From contig CANESS010000001.1 of the NCBI GenBank assembly GCA_947441115.1, positions 1 through 49,465 on the forward strand: a DNA stretch of 49,465 nt, given 5' to 3'. Below are positions 9,377 through 19,478 of this stretch, one piece after another (positions within the stretch are counted from its first letter, which is position 1; every line of letters starts with the position of its first letter). The translations under genes were made by a program, and so were the position numbers. The DNA is from Saprospirales bacterium (GTDB taxonomy: Bacteria; Bacteroidota; Bacteroidia; Chitinophagales; JADJOU01). The notes beneath the pieces are model-generated. The model saw only the letters and a list, made by a program, of their open reading frames with translations. It had not been told where the DNA came from and searched no databases.

Positions 9377-11146
9377 ATGAGAAATTTTCTAAAGACCTTA
9401 TTGGCAGTGATTTTTGGAAATATTATTTTTTTCGGAATTTTCTTCTTATTGCTTATAGGATTGGCGGTAGGGGTAGTGATAAGTACGAAAGGAAGTAAAG
9501 TAGAGCTAAAAGGAGATCATATACTGACTTTAAATATTCGCAGTGGCTTGTCAGATTTGTCTCAGGACAAAAGTTTTGATCTCGGTATGGGACAGGGGAA
9601 TCAAAGTGCCATTAGCATTTATGACATTATAGATGGTATTAAAAAGGCAAAAAATGACAAATCAATCAAAGCATTGTGGATCCAGATGAACTATAATGAG
9701 GAGCTGAGCTATGCCCAGATAGACATGCTGAGAGCGGCAATTAAAGATTTTAAGGCTAGTGAAAAACCAGTAGTGGCCTATGGGGAGGCTGTATCTCAGA
9801 AGATGTACTATCTAGGCTCGGCATCAGATATGGTTATGGTCAATCCGCAAGGAGCTCTTGATGTGCGCGGTTTCGCTGCTCAATTGACTTTTTTCAAAAA
9901 GACTCTGGATAGATTAGAAATTAAACCACAAATTTTTTATGCCGGAAAATTCAAAAGTGCCACGGAGCCATTCAGGCTAGAGAAGATGAGTGATGAGAAT
10001 AAAGTGCAGATGAAAGAATTGCTCTCCGATATTTCTAATTCCGTTTTTTCAAGCATTGCAGCAGACAGAAAAATAAATTTGGAAAATTTGAATTTAGCAA
10101 TAAATGAGTTGCGAACAAGCATGCCGGAAGATGCACTCAGTTCTGGTCTGATTGACAAAATAACCTACCTAGATGAAGCAGAATGGGAACTTAAAAGCCT
10201 AATGAAGCTAGGAGAGAAAACAGAATTGAAAAAATTGTCTTTGTCGAATTACTTGGAAGATAAGTTTCCGTTATTTAAGAATGAAGGTATCGCAGTATAT
10301 GTAGCTGAGGGCGATATCGTAGATGGAAAAGCAGAAGAAGGCAGTATAGGCTCAGAAGACATGGTTAAAGATATTCGAGCTATGGCAGAAGATAAAGATA
10401 TTAAAGCCGTTGTATTACGGATCAATTCTCCAGGAGGCAGTGCCTTGGCTTCTGATGTCATCTTACGAGAGTTGGATATATTGAAGAAGAAAAAACCGCT
10501 GGTAGTTTCTATGGGCAACGTGGCGGCTAGTGGAGGTTATTATATAGCTAGTGGGGCAGAGAAAATATTCGCAGAGAAAAATACGATTACGGGTTCTATT
10601 GGTGTATTTGGTATCATCCCTAACATAGGACAGATGTTGGAAAATAAGTTGGGAGTTACATTTGATGAAGTTGAGTTGCATGAACATGCAGCTATGGGGG
10701 TTTATAAAAACTTCGATGCATTAGAAGCTGCTAGAATACAGCAGTCTATTGATAAAATTTACCTCAGTTTCAAATCAATCGTAGCAAAAGGAAGAAATAT
10801 GAATATCGATAGTTTAGAAAATATAGCACAGGGTCGAGTCTGGAGTGGCACTAGAGCCAAGGAGCTGAAACTCGTAGACGAGATTGGTGGCCTTAAGGAT
10901 GCGATAGCCTATATTGCAAAATCAAAGTCACTGAATGCTTCCAACTATTTTTTCTTCAATAAAAGAAAAAGTGATTTTGAAATGCTTTTTGAAGGATTTT
11001 CAAACGAGGATACCAAATCATCGATTGAAGAAAAGTATTTGAAATCTAAATTAGGTTCCTATTCAAAGTATTATGATATGCTCAAGTCATTTGAAAATAT
11101 TCGTGGAGCACAGATGAGAATGGTGTATCAGGTGAATGGCTTATAA
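9377..11146 (+). CDS. sppA: Signal peptide peptidase SppA, 67K type
   Basis: 589 aa. N-terminal TM segment and two tandem S49 peptidase halves. The second half carries LRINSPGGSALASD and MGNVAASGGYYIA. Confidence 0.88.
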   Translation: MRNFLKTLLAVIFGNIIFFGIFFLLLIGLAVGVVISTKGSKVELKGDHILTLNIRSGLSDLSQDKSFDLGMGQGNQSAISIYDIIDGIKKAKNDKSIKALWIQMNYNEELSYAQIDMLRAAIKDFKASEKPVVAYGEAVSQKMYYLGSASDMVMVNPQGALDVRGFAAQLTFFKKTLDRLEIKPQIFYAGKFKSATEPFRLEKMSDENKVQMKELLSDISNSVFSSIAADRKINLENLNLAINELRTSMPEDALSSGLIDKITYLDEAEWELKSLMKLGEKTELKKLSLSNYLEDKFPLFKNEGIAVYVAEGDIVDGKAEEGSIGSEDMVKDIRAMAEDKDIKAVVLRINSPGGSALASDVILRELDILKKKKPLVVSMGNVAASGGYYIASGAEKIFAEKNTITGSIGVFGIIPNIGQMLENKLGVTFDEVELHEHAAMGVYKNFDALEAARIQQSIDKIYLSFKSIVAKGRNMNIDSLENIAQGRVWSGTRAKELKLVDEIGGLKDAIAYIAKSKSLNASNYFFFNKRKSDFEMLFEGFSNEDTKSSIEEKYLKSKLGSYSKYYDMLKSFENIRGAQMRMVYQVNGL

Positions 11147-11154
11147 TCATTAGC

Positions 11155-11748
11155 TTGACGAAATCAGTTCCTCTTTTTTATTTCGGTAATATAGCTTATT
11201 GGAGTGAACTCATTAAGTTAGAAAAGTTGTGTTTCACTCCACATTTTCCTATACCTAAAAAGACCTATGCTAATCGTACGGTTATACTTATGGCCAATGG
11301 TCTTCAGACTCTGACTGTGCCAATCGTAGGCGGGCGAGGAAGTAAAATTCCTATGGATCAAATCGAAATATCATATCTAGAGAATTGGATAGCTAAGCAT
11401 AAAATGGCCTTGCAATCTGCCTACGCCAAGAGTTCATATTATGAGCATTATATGCCTTATTTTGAGCCTATTTGGGCAGCAAAGCCTCACACGCTCATGC
11501 AGCTTAATTTAAACATATTTAAGATGCTTTCAAAAGTATTGAAACTGCATGTAGAAATAGTAGAAGAGGAAAATACGAATCTATCAGAAGTCCAGTTCAT
11601 CCCTAATATTTATAGTCAGACAGTCGTTTCGTATCCTCAAGTGTTTCGATATAAATTTCCTTTTCACCCTGATTTATCTATTCTCGATCTCCTATTTTGC
11701 TTAGGTCCAGATGCTAAGAGTTATTTAGAAAAAGGCCATTCAAAGTGA
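11155..11748 (+). CDS. WbqC-family protein
   Basis: 197 aa with an apparent TTG start. WbqC-like N-terminal pattern (LFYFGNIAYWSELIK ... ANRTVILMANGLQTLTVPI). Function unknown. Confidence 0.6.
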   Translation: MTKSVPLFYFGNIAYWSELIKLEKLCFTPHFPIPKKTYANRTVILMANGLQTLTVPIVGGRGSKIPMDQIEISYLENWIAKHKMALQSAYAKSSYYEHYMPYFEPIWAAKPHTLMQLNLNIFKMLSKVLKLHVEIVEEENTNLSEVQFIPNIYSQTVVSYPQVFRYKFPFHPDLSILDLLFCLGPDAKSYLEKGHSK

Positions 11749-11851
11749 TTTTCAGGAAAGGAGATAATAGTTTGAAGGAAGAATAAATTATTTAAAATCG
11801 GCTTAAATCAAGGTGTAAATTTTTTGATAAAATAATACAAATTTTTCTTAT

Positions 11852-11859
11852 TATATTTG
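11852..11859 (+). promoter_or_regulatory. Candidate -7 promoter box (TATATTTG) for the mutase catalytic-half gene
   Basis: Exact TAnnTTTG match in a 164-nt AT-rich intergenic region, 54 nt upstream of the ATG at 11913. Confidence 0.3.
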
Positions 11860-11912
11860 TATTTGTCAGCTCAGAATAATTCGAATAAAAGTAAAAATCA
11901 TAAATTTTAAAA

Positions 11913-14084
11913 ATGTCCACACAAGCATTATTTCCAGTAAAAAAACTGAAAGCTACCGGCACTAGTGAGAAGATATATATCATCCCTCCTCATAGGAATC
12001 GCTATCTATCTGAAATATCAGAATCTATTCGGAAGTACAATAGGGAAACTATTGATCAGGCAGATATAGCTCAAAGATTATATGCTCTTCATTCAGCTAA
12101 AGTAGAGGCCAGTAAAGCAAAAGATGAAGTATTGACTGCGGCGCTAGATAGGCTTTATACCGCTCTGGAAGAAAAGCTATCGATTGATAATAAAAAAATC
12201 ATTCAAGGCTGGCAGGATAAGATCAGTCGCTACAAAGATGAATTTTATATATTCAAGGTTCGGGAAAAGGAGCTGAAAATAGCGACTCATACGAAGTCCT
12301 TGTCTAATCTTTCTATTCCTAAGATTTCTATGCCTAAATATAAGGGTTGGGGAGATATTTTACAGTGGAGTCTACAAGAAAATGTTCCAGGAGAATTTCC
12401 TTACACCGCTGGGGTTTATCCATTTAAAAGAGAGAATGAAGACCCGACAAGAATGTTTGCGGGCGAAGGGAGTCCTGAGAGAACGAATAAACGATTCCAT
12501 TATGTGTCCCTTGGCCTACCTGCCAAAAGACTTTCAACGGCGTTTGATAGTGTGACTCTATATGGCGAAGATCCTGACCACAGACCGGATATCTATGGAA
12601 AAATAGGTAATGCCGGTGTGAGTATTTGCTGTCTTGATGATATGAAAAAATTGTATTCGGGTTTTGATCTCTGTGAGCCAAACTGCTCTGTATCTATGAC
12701 GATTAATGGTCCTGCACCTATGTTGGTAACATTTTTTATGAATGCAGCCATAGACCAGCAGTGTGAAAAATACATTAAAGAAAACGGACTAGAGAAAGAC
12801 GTCCAGAAAAAAATAGATGAACTCTATAAAGGAAAAATTAGACCTCAATATACACCATATGAATCTAATGAGCTACCAGAAGGGAATTCTGGATTAGGCC
12901 TCATGCTGTTCGGTGTCACAGGCGATCAGGTCTTATCTAAGGATGCATATGAAAAAATTAAAGCTGAAACCATAGCTAAGGTAAGAGGTACGGTACAAGC
13001 AGATATCCTCAAAGAAGATCAAGCGCAGAATACATGTATTTTTTCTACGGACTTTGCTTTAAAGTTGATGGGGGATGTACAGGAATATTTTATTCAGAAT
13101 AAGATTAGAAATTTTTATTCAGTATCTATTTCAGGCTATCACATAGCGGAGGCAGGCGCCAATCCTATTTCGCAGTTGGCGTTTACGCTTTCCAATGGAT
13201 TTACATTTCTGGAGTATTATGTATCAAGAGGTATGAAAATTGATGATTTTGCGCCGAATTTTTCATTTTTCTTCTCGAATGGCGTAGATCCTGAATATTC
13301 TGTTATAGGTCGTGTTGCTCGTCGTATATGGGCTAAGGCAGTTAAAAATCTTTATGGAGGAAATGAGCGCAGTCAAATGCTAAAATATCATATCCAAACT
13401 TCTGGACGTTCTCTGCATGCGCAGGAGATAGATTTTAATGATATCCGTACGACTTTGCAGGCGCTTTATGCCATTTATGACAATTGCAATTCATTGCATA
13501 CCAATGCCTATGATGAAGCTATAACTACACCTACAGAGGAATCTGTGCGCAGAGCTATGGCTATTCAGATGATAATCAATCATGAACTAGGATTAGCTAA
13601 GAATCAAAATCCAAATCAAGGTTCATTTATCATAGAAGAGCTAACGGATCTAGTAGAAGAGGCTATTCTTCTAGAGTTCGACAAATTGACGGAGCGCGGA
13701 GGCGTGCTCGGCGCTATGGAGACTATGTACCAACGAGGAAAAATTCAAGAAGAGTCTATGCATTACGAGATGCTCAAACATACTGGAGAATATCCAATAA
13801 TAGGCGTCAATACATTTCTTAATAGTAAGGGTTCTCCAACGGTGATACCGGGTGAAGTCATTCGAGCTACAGAAGATGAAAAGCAACAACAAATAGAAAC
13901 CTTGAATGCTTTGCACTCCATTTATAGCGAGGCTCAAAAAACATCACTTCAAAACTTAAAACTCGCCTCATTACAAAATAGAAATCTCTTCTACGAATTA
14001 ATGGAAGCCGGAAAAGTTTGCTCACTAGGGCAGATATCGAATGCGCTATATGAAGTAGGCGGACAGTATAGGAGGAATATGTAA
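11913..14084 (+). CDS. Acyl-CoA mutase substrate-binding (TIM-barrel) subunit with an IcmF-type linker; isobutyryl-CoA mutase-like (methylmalonyl-CoA mutase family)
   Basis: 723 aa. About 150 N-terminal residues precede the mutase barrel motifs [42 protein letters not shown] and [14 protein letters not shown]. Phe in RMFAGEG and Gln in DQAQNT sit where methylmalonyl-CoA mutases have Tyr and Arg, which points to isobutyryl-CoA-type specificity. Confidence 0.85.
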   Translation: MSTQALFPVKKLKATGTSEKIYIIPPHRNRYLSEISESIRKYNRETIDQADIAQRLYALHSAKVEASKAKDEVLTAALDRLYTALEEKLSIDNKKIIQGWQDKISRYKDEFYIFKVREKELKIATHTKSLSNLSIPKISMPKYKGWGDILQWSLQENVPGEFPYTAGVYPFKRENEDPTRMFAGEGSPERTNKRFHYVSLGLPAKRLSTAFDSVTLYGEDPDHRPDIYGKIGNAGVSICCLDDMKKLYSGFDLCEPNCSVSMTINGPAPMLVTFFMNAAIDQQCEKYIKENGLEKDVQKKIDELYKGKIRPQYTPYESNELPEGNSGLGLMLFGVTGDQVLSKDAYEKIKAETIAKVRGTVQADILKEDQAQNTCIFSTDFALKLMGDVQEYFIQNKIRNFYSVSISGYHIAEAGANPISQLAFTLSNGFTFLEYYVSRGMKIDDFAPNFSFFFSNGVDPEYSVIGRVARRIWAKAVKNLYGGNERSQMLKYHIQTSGRSLHAQEIDFNDIRTTLQALYAIYDNCNSLHTNAYDEAITTPTEESVRRAMAIQMIINHELGLAKNQNPNQGSFIIEELTDLVEEAILLEFDKLTERGGVLGAMETMYQRGKIQEESMHYEMLKHTGEYPIIGVNTFLNSKGSPTVIPGEVIRATEDEKQQQIETLNALHSIYSEAQKTSLQNLKLASLQNRNLFYELMEAGKVCSLGQISNALYEVGGQYRRNM

Positions 14085-14198
14085 TATTCGTTTGTGTATC
14101 TTAACGGAGAATTGACTGATTGTTTACAAAAGGGGTCGGAGTAGTTTAGTGTCAAAAACATTCCTGCGATCCTTCTTCAGTATTTCCTAAAAACCTAT

Positions 14199-14206
14199 TA
14201 TCTTTG
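14199..14206 (+). promoter_or_regulatory. Candidate -7 promoter box (TATCTTTG)
   Basis: Exact TAnnTTTG match. It overlaps the TTG used as the track start (14204) and lies 15 nt upstream of the ATG at 14222, which favours 14222 as the true start. Confidence 0.3.
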
Positions 14207-14221
14207 TCTAAATCCATTCCT

Positions 14222-15844
14222 ATGAAGCAGTTTATATTTTTACTGATATTTAGCCCTGTATTTATTTACGCTCAGTTTGGAAATCGGAACCTACCGCCAG
14301 AGAGTTGGACTAGAGATGTAAAATATGTCGCAATAACCAGTAAAGAAGTCCTAGCGGATCCAAATGAAATACATAAATTAAAAGCAATCGAACATGCCTC
14401 ATACATATGTGCGACAGCTATACCTGCACAGATTAAGTTTTCAGATTTTAGTCTGGTAGAAATTTTGCCAAATAATGATAAGGTTTATCGCCTTCTTATC
14501 AAATCTCCTGGTGCATTAGGTATGATGCTGATGTTTGAGAATTTTAAACTCGACAAAGGCGCTAAATTATGGATATATAATAAAGAGAAGACTCACTTCG
14601 CCGGAATGTATTCTGAAAAAGATAATTATCAGACAAATGGCGAGTTTTTAAGTTCGGAAGTACTAGGAAATGAAGTCATCGTCGAATATTTAGAACCAAG
14701 TCAAATGCATACTGTAGATTTTTCAATTACCAAGGTTTATCATTATTTTAGAGGTTTGAAAAGTGGGAATGGCAATGGGTTTGGTTCATCTGGATCTTGT
14801 ATGGTAAATGCTGCCTGTCCTGAAGGAGCTATTAAGTCTGCAGCGCGCGCTGCGACATGCAGAATAAGGGTCACAGGACCTAGTTTCTCAGGATTTTGTA
14901 GTGGTACATTGATTAGTAATACTTCTGGAGATGGGACACCATACATTATTAGCGCCAATCACTGCAGTGCTAAGAGTAGTCTGAGTGATTTGATTAATTG
15001 GGAATTTGATTTTTTATTCGAATCTCCTTCTTGTAATAATCCTCCAATAGAGCCTTCTGCATTGACCTACAAAGGGTGCACTGCTCCAGCTTATTCTGGA
15101 ACAGATAATGGAGAAAATTCATCAGACTTTTTATTATTAAAGCTCAATTCGAATCTTTTAACTTCTACGCATGATTTCACCTTTCTAGGCTGGGATAGAT
15201 CGGATAACAATTATGAAAATACAGTGTGTTATCATCACCCAAAAGGAGATATTAAAAAAGTTAGTACTTCTTCAGGATTTACAAGCAAAGTAAGCTATGG
15301 AAATAATGTGCCGAATACTCATTTAGCCCTAACATGGACACCTACAGCTAAAGGTTATTCGGTAACAGAAGAGGGCTCTTCTGGTTCAGGGTTGGTCAAT
15401 AATGATGGTTTATTAGTTGGGACATTGACTGGTGGGTCAGCTTCGTGTGACAACCTAAGTGGAGTAGATATGTATGGTCGATTTTTTGTTCATTGGGATA
15501 AATTTGGAACAGCAAATGATCGTCGATTAAAACCATGGTTAGATCCAGGAAATACGGGAGCTACTATTTCCAAGTCACTTAAGCTATCTGGTGCTATTAT
15601 TGGAATATCTTCCCATCAAATGGAAGAACATCTAAATTATTCTTTGAATTTAAATCAACTAAAAATCAATTGGATAAAAAGAGGATATGACATTAATATT
15701 TACAATTTTCTGGGACAGAAAGTTTATCAGGCCTGCACGAATTCTGAAGAGTTGAATGTTGATTTTGCTTCATTCACCAAAGGTATATATATTGTAGAAG
15801 CTCTAAATGAGAATAAAAGAGCAGTTATGAAAATCAGCTGGTAA
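14222..15844 (+). CDS. Secreted trypsin-like (S1, lysyl-endopeptidase-like) serine protease with a T9SS C-terminal sorting domain
   Basis: Signal peptide MKQFIFLLIFSPVFIYAQ. Catalytic-triad contexts IISANHC (His), SSDFLLLKL (Asp) and TEEGSSGSGL (Ser). The C-terminal ~80 aa end in KGIYIVEALNENKRAVMKISW, typical of T9SS CTDs. Confidence 0.75.
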   Translation: MKQFIFLLIFSPVFIYAQFGNRNLPPESWTRDVKYVAITSKEVLADPNEIHKLKAIEHASYICATAIPAQIKFSDFSLVEILPNNDKVYRLLIKSPGALGMMLMFENFKLDKGAKLWIYNKEKTHFAGMYSEKDNYQTNGEFLSSEVLGNEVIVEYLEPSQMHTVDFSITKVYHYFRGLKSGNGNGFGSSGSCMVNAACPEGAIKSAARAATCRIRVTGPSFSGFCSGTLISNTSGDGTPYIISANHCSAKSSLSDLINWEFDFLFESPSCNNPPIEPSALTYKGCTAPAYSGTDNGENSSDFLLLKLNSNLLTSTHDFTFLGWDRSDNNYENTVCYHHPKGDIKKVSTSSGFTSKVSYGNNVPNTHLALTWTPTAKGYSVTEEGSSGSGLVNNDGLLVGTLTGGSASCDNLSGVDMYGRFFVHWDKFGTANDRRLKPWLDPGNTGATISKSLKLSGAIIGISSHQMEEHLNYSLNLNQLKINWIKRGYDINIYNFLGQKVYQACTNSEELNVDFASFTKGIYIVEALNENKRAVMKISW

Positions 15845-15850
15845 AATTTA

Positions 15851-16555
15851 ATGACGAAACTACTTCTTATTCCTACTCCCATAGTTGGCGACTCTATAAA
15901 AGATATTACAGAGTATTCTAAGCAATCCGTTCAGCCTATACGGCATTTTGTAGTCGAAAATTTGCGAACTGCGAGAAGAGTGCTGCGTAAGTATGATTAC
16001 AAAGTTAATTTTGATAACGAGGTGAGTTTTTTTGAGTATGATAAACATATCAAAACTTCGTCTTTAGAAGAAATAGAAAATTGGTTTAAAGCTGGATTTT
16101 CTGTAGGTCTCATGTCAGAAGCTGGCATGCCATGTATCGCAGATCCTGGAAATGAAGTTGTGCGTTTAGCGCATCGGTTAGGCACCTCCATTGAGGTTTT
16201 ATCTGGTCCTTCTAGTATTCTCATGGCCTTAGTAGCTAGTGGATTAAATGGGCAAAATTTTGCCTTTAATGGTTATTTGCCAATAGAGCAAGGAGAACGA
16301 TTGAAAAAGTTAAAATTTCTTGAAGCTAGAGCCCAATCTGAAAATCAAACACAGTTATTCATGGAAACGCCTTATAGAAACCAAGGTCTCTTTGATTTTA
16401 TACTTAAAAGCTGCCCTTTGCATCTTTTTTTAGGCATAGCAGCTAATATAGGAGAAGAGTCTTCTATTATCAGATCAAAAAAGATAGAAGACTGGAAACG
16501 ATCAGACCCACCTATGCTTCATAAGCTTCCTACGATATTTTCTTTGGGTATATAA
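15851..16555 (+). CDS. SAM-dependent methyltransferase, tetrapyrrole-methylase (TP_methylase, RsmI/YraL-like) fold
   Basis: 234 aa with LMSEAGMPCIADPG, SGPSSILMAL and FMETPYRN motifs typical of this family. Confidence 0.7.
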   Translation: MTKLLLIPTPIVGDSIKDITEYSKQSVQPIRHFVVENLRTARRVLRKYDYKVNFDNEVSFFEYDKHIKTSSLEEIENWFKAGFSVGLMSEAGMPCIADPGNEVVRLAHRLGTSIEVLSGPSSILMALVASGLNGQNFAFNGYLPIEQGERLKKLKFLEARAQSENQTQLFMETPYRNQGLFDFILKSCPLHLFLGIAANIGEESSIIRSKKIEDWKRSDPPMLHKLPTIFSLGI

Positions 16556-16783
16556 TTTTCATACAATTATTGTGCATCTTTCATATTGAGTCCTTGAATT
16601 CTATAAAAGGGTACATTTATTTTATGCAAAATGCCTAATAGATTAATCCGAAATATAATATTAGTACTTAATTTGACTTGAACCTCTGATGTGATTTTTT
16701 ATAATCAAATTTCAGATTAATTTTTTATTGATTGTATTGCGACTTTATCCGAAAGAAAAAATCATGTATTAACTACAAAAAAA

Positions 16784-16809
16784 GGAGTTCGGTAGGGGAA
16801 CCGAACTCC
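16784..16809 (-). terminator. Rho-independent terminator hairpin downstream of ftsK
   Basis: Perfect 10-bp stem GGAGTTCGGT/ACCGAACTCC with a 6-nt loop. On the minus strand it is followed at once by a T8 run (A8 at 16776..16783 on the plus strand). Confidence 0.65.
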
Positions 16810-16910
16810 AAAATACTATGAAAACAAAACTAACATAATTGTTAAAACAACTATGAAAACCTAACACAAATATAATATAAAAAAATGAAATGTCAAGACG
16901 TAAATTAAAA

Positions 16911-19379
16911 TTATTTTGAATTTTTAAGATTCTCGAGGTATTGCGCTAGCTCATCTAATGTTTTGAAGTTCACATCACGTGGTTTACTTCCTTTATTTGG
17001 TCCTACTATACCCATTGCTTCTAACTGATCTACTAATCTTCCCGCTCGCCCGTGGCCTACGTTTAATTTTCGCTGCAGCAGCGAAATAGAGCCTATTTGC
17101 TGTATGACTATCTCTCTAGCAGCATCCTCAAACAGGGGGTCTATATCATTTTTATCAAACCTGACTTCGCGGTCTATTTCTTCGTCTCCATAGTATTCTG
17201 GCAATTGGTATGCCTCTCCATAGCTCTGCTGCTGGCTAATATGCTGACATATTTTATCTACCTCTGGCGTATCTACAAATGGACATTGGAGGCGTATGAT
17301 ATCGCCACCAGATGGACTATAGAGCATGTCTCCACGCCCTATGAGCTGTTCGGCACCTTTGGTATCAATAATAATATTGCTATCTATTGCTTTAGATACG
17401 GCAAACGCTATTTTAGTAGGGAAATTCGCTCTGATCAATCCTGTGAGAATATTCGCCGCAGGGCGCTGGGTAGCCAATATGACATGAATACCGATAGCTC
17501 GAGCTAGCTGGGCTATTCTAGCCAAGGGCATTTCTACCTCTTTCCCTGCAGTGATTATGAGATCGGCATACTCATCTATCACCAATACAAAATAAGGCAG
17601 ATAGCGATGGCCGTGAAGTGGATTGAGCTGACGTTTTTTAAATTTATCGTTGTATTCTTTGATATTTCTTACCGTTGCCTTTTTGAGGAGATCATATCTG
17701 TCATCCATCTCTATGCATAGTGAATTGAGTGTATTGACTACTTTTTTTACATCAGTGATTATAGGCTCTTCCTCATTGGGAAGTTTAGCAAGAAAATGTT
17801 TTTCTATTGTACTATATATGCTTAATTCTACTTTCTTCGGATCCACCATGACGAATTTTAGCTCAGAAGGATGTTTTTTATATAATAGCGAAACTAGAAT
17901 TGCATTAATTCCCACAGATTTCCCTTTGCCTGTCGCCCCAGCCATCAGAAGGTGCGGCATCGTAGCCAAATCTACTACGACCATTTCATTGGAGATATTT
18001 TTCCCCAAGGCGATAGGTAATTCCATTTTTGTCGTTTGAAATTTTTCGGACATTATAGCCGAGCGCATACTTACTATCTCTGTTTTCTTGTTAGGAACTT
18101 CTATTCCTATAGTTCCTTTCCCCGGAATAGGGGCTATGATTCGTATGCCAAGCGCTGCCAAGGAAAGGGCGATATCATTTTCTAGTCTAGATATTGTTGA
18201 TACGCGTACTCCTGGTGCAGGGGTGATTTCATACAAGGTCACTGTAGGTCCCACCGTAGCTCTAATGGAGCTAATCGTGATATTGAAATTTTTGAGGGTT
18301 TCTACGATTTGATTCTTATTGTTTTCTAGTTCATTTCTATCTATAGTAGTAGTTCCCGAACTATGATTTTCTAATAGGTCTATGATAGGATACTTGTAGT
18401 TAGATAAATCTTTTTTAGGATCGTAAGGCTCTAAATTTTCAAGATTTTTCTGCTGAATTTCTTCGATATTTGTAATTAATTTTTCTTCAGTCTTTGGCAC
18501 TATGGTAAGTTCTGTCGTGTTCTTTTCTTCCGAAATATTTTTTATATGACTACTTTGCTTCTCCTCGATTTCTGTTTTTGTGGTTTGAGGAAGTTCCTCC
18601 TCTATATTCATGATTTCTAGTCCCAAATTCTGCAAAGGCATCGCTGGACTGACTGGGGGTCTTATGAAATCTATATTATCTTTTTCAAATAGGGTGTCAC
18701 TATAGGTTTTTTCTTCGTTGACTATTCCCTTTTTTATAGGCTCTGTTTCGTTAAACAACTTTTCCTCCTTTGGCAGTTGACCTTGTTCATACCATTTCAA
18801 AAGAAAATTGAAATTGAGATTAGCGTACCAAACCAAGGTAGCAATGCTGCAAAATATCCATACCATCAGCACACCTAATGTGCCTATATAATTATGAAGA
18901 AAACTATTAGGACCAGTGATGAGATTGCCAAAGTTTCCTCCTAGAGGTAAATACCCATTTTGAAAAAAAACCAACTGAACTAATGCCAGAAAACTACTAG
19001 TAATAAAAATGAATAGAATAGGATATAGACTTAACTTGAGATAAGAGAATAGTCTCTTCTGGAAGAGCAGGTTGAGACTGAGTAGGAAAAGACTGATAGG
19101 TATTATAAATGCGGCCAGTCCGAATAAATTGTCAACGAAGAAATAACCTAAGAAAACCCCAATTTTATTGAGCCAGTTTTGAATTTTGTAGTGTTCTGTT
19201 TCCTTGATATAATCCCAGCCTTCTAGAGCTATACTCTGGTCTAGACGAAAGCTAAAAAGGTAGGATAAAAAGCTAAAAAATAGAATAAATGAGAAAAACA
19301 GAATGACGACACCTGCAATCTTTTGATATTTGCTCTGATTTAAAAATGAACTGAGTTCTTTATTTGATTTGGCTGCCAT
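16911..19379 (-). CDS. ftsK: DNA translocase FtsK/SpoIIIE
   Basis: 822 aa. N-terminal multi-pass membrane domain and a linker. Motor domain with Walker A GATGKGKS and Walker B VLVIDEYADL. C-terminal winged-helix gamma domain (LLQRKLNVGHGRAGRLVDQLE). Confidence 0.93.
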   Translation of the reverse strand: MAAKSNKELSSFLNQSKYQKIAGVVILFFSFILFFSFLSYLFSFRLDQSIALEGWDYIKETEHYKIQNWLNKIGVFLGYFFVDNLFGLAAFIIPISLFLLSLNLLFQKRLFSYLKLSLYPILFIFITSSFLALVQLVFFQNGYLPLGGNFGNLITGPNSFLHNYIGTLGVLMVWIFCSIATLVWYANLNFNFLLKWYEQGQLPKEEKLFNETEPIKKGIVNEEKTYSDTLFEKDNIDFIRPPVSPAMPLQNLGLEIMNIEEELPQTTKTEIEEKQSSHIKNISEEKNTTELTIVPKTEEKLITNIEEIQQKNLENLEPYDPKKDLSNYKYPIIDLLENHSSGTTTIDRNELENNKNQIVETLKNFNITISSIRATVGPTVTLYEITPAPGVRVSTISRLENDIALSLAALGIRIIAPIPGKGTIGIEVPNKKTEIVSMRSAIMSEKFQTTKMELPIALGKNISNEMVVVDLATMPHLLMAGATGKGKSVGINAILVSLLYKKHPSELKFVMVDPKKVELSIYSTIEKHFLAKLPNEEEPIITDVKKVVNTLNSLCIEMDDRYDLLKKATVRNIKEYNDKFKKRQLNPLHGHRYLPYFVLVIDEYADLIITAGKEVEMPLARIAQLARAIGIHVILATQRPAANILTGLIRANFPTKIAFAVSKAIDSNIIIDTKGAEQLIGRGDMLYSPSGGDIIRLQCPFVDTPEVDKICQHISQQQSYGEAYQLPEYYGDEEIDREVRFDKNDIDPLFEDAAREIVIQQIGSISLLQRKLNVGHGRAGRLVDQLEAMGIVGPNKGSKPRDVNFKTLDELAQYLENLKNSK

Positions 19380-19411
19380 ACTAAATTAGGATAGTCCTAA
19401 AGTCTAAATTA

Positions 19412-19419
19412 CAAAACTA
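19412..19419 (-). promoter_or_regulatory. Candidate -7 promoter box (TAGTTTTG on the minus strand) for ftsK
   Basis: The plus-strand CAAAACTA is the reverse complement of TAnnTTTG. It lies 32 nt upstream of the ftsK ATG. Confidence 0.3.
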
Positions 19420-19478
19420 TATCTCTAGTTATAAAGAGACAGATAAATTGTCCACAAGGTTTAGTTTTGCATACAGTT

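Noticed and set aside
11792-11983. A 63-aa minus-strand ORF across the promoter region and start of the mutase catalytic-half gene.
   Set aside because: It is an AT-rich low-complexity translation that overlaps a strongly supported gene start. It is probably spurious.
17097-18312. Three plus-strand ORFs (136, 129 and 74 aa) inside ftsK.
   Set aside because: They lie fully antisense to a well-supported FtsK coding sequence and have no recognisable motifs. They are typical shadow ORFs of a long gene.
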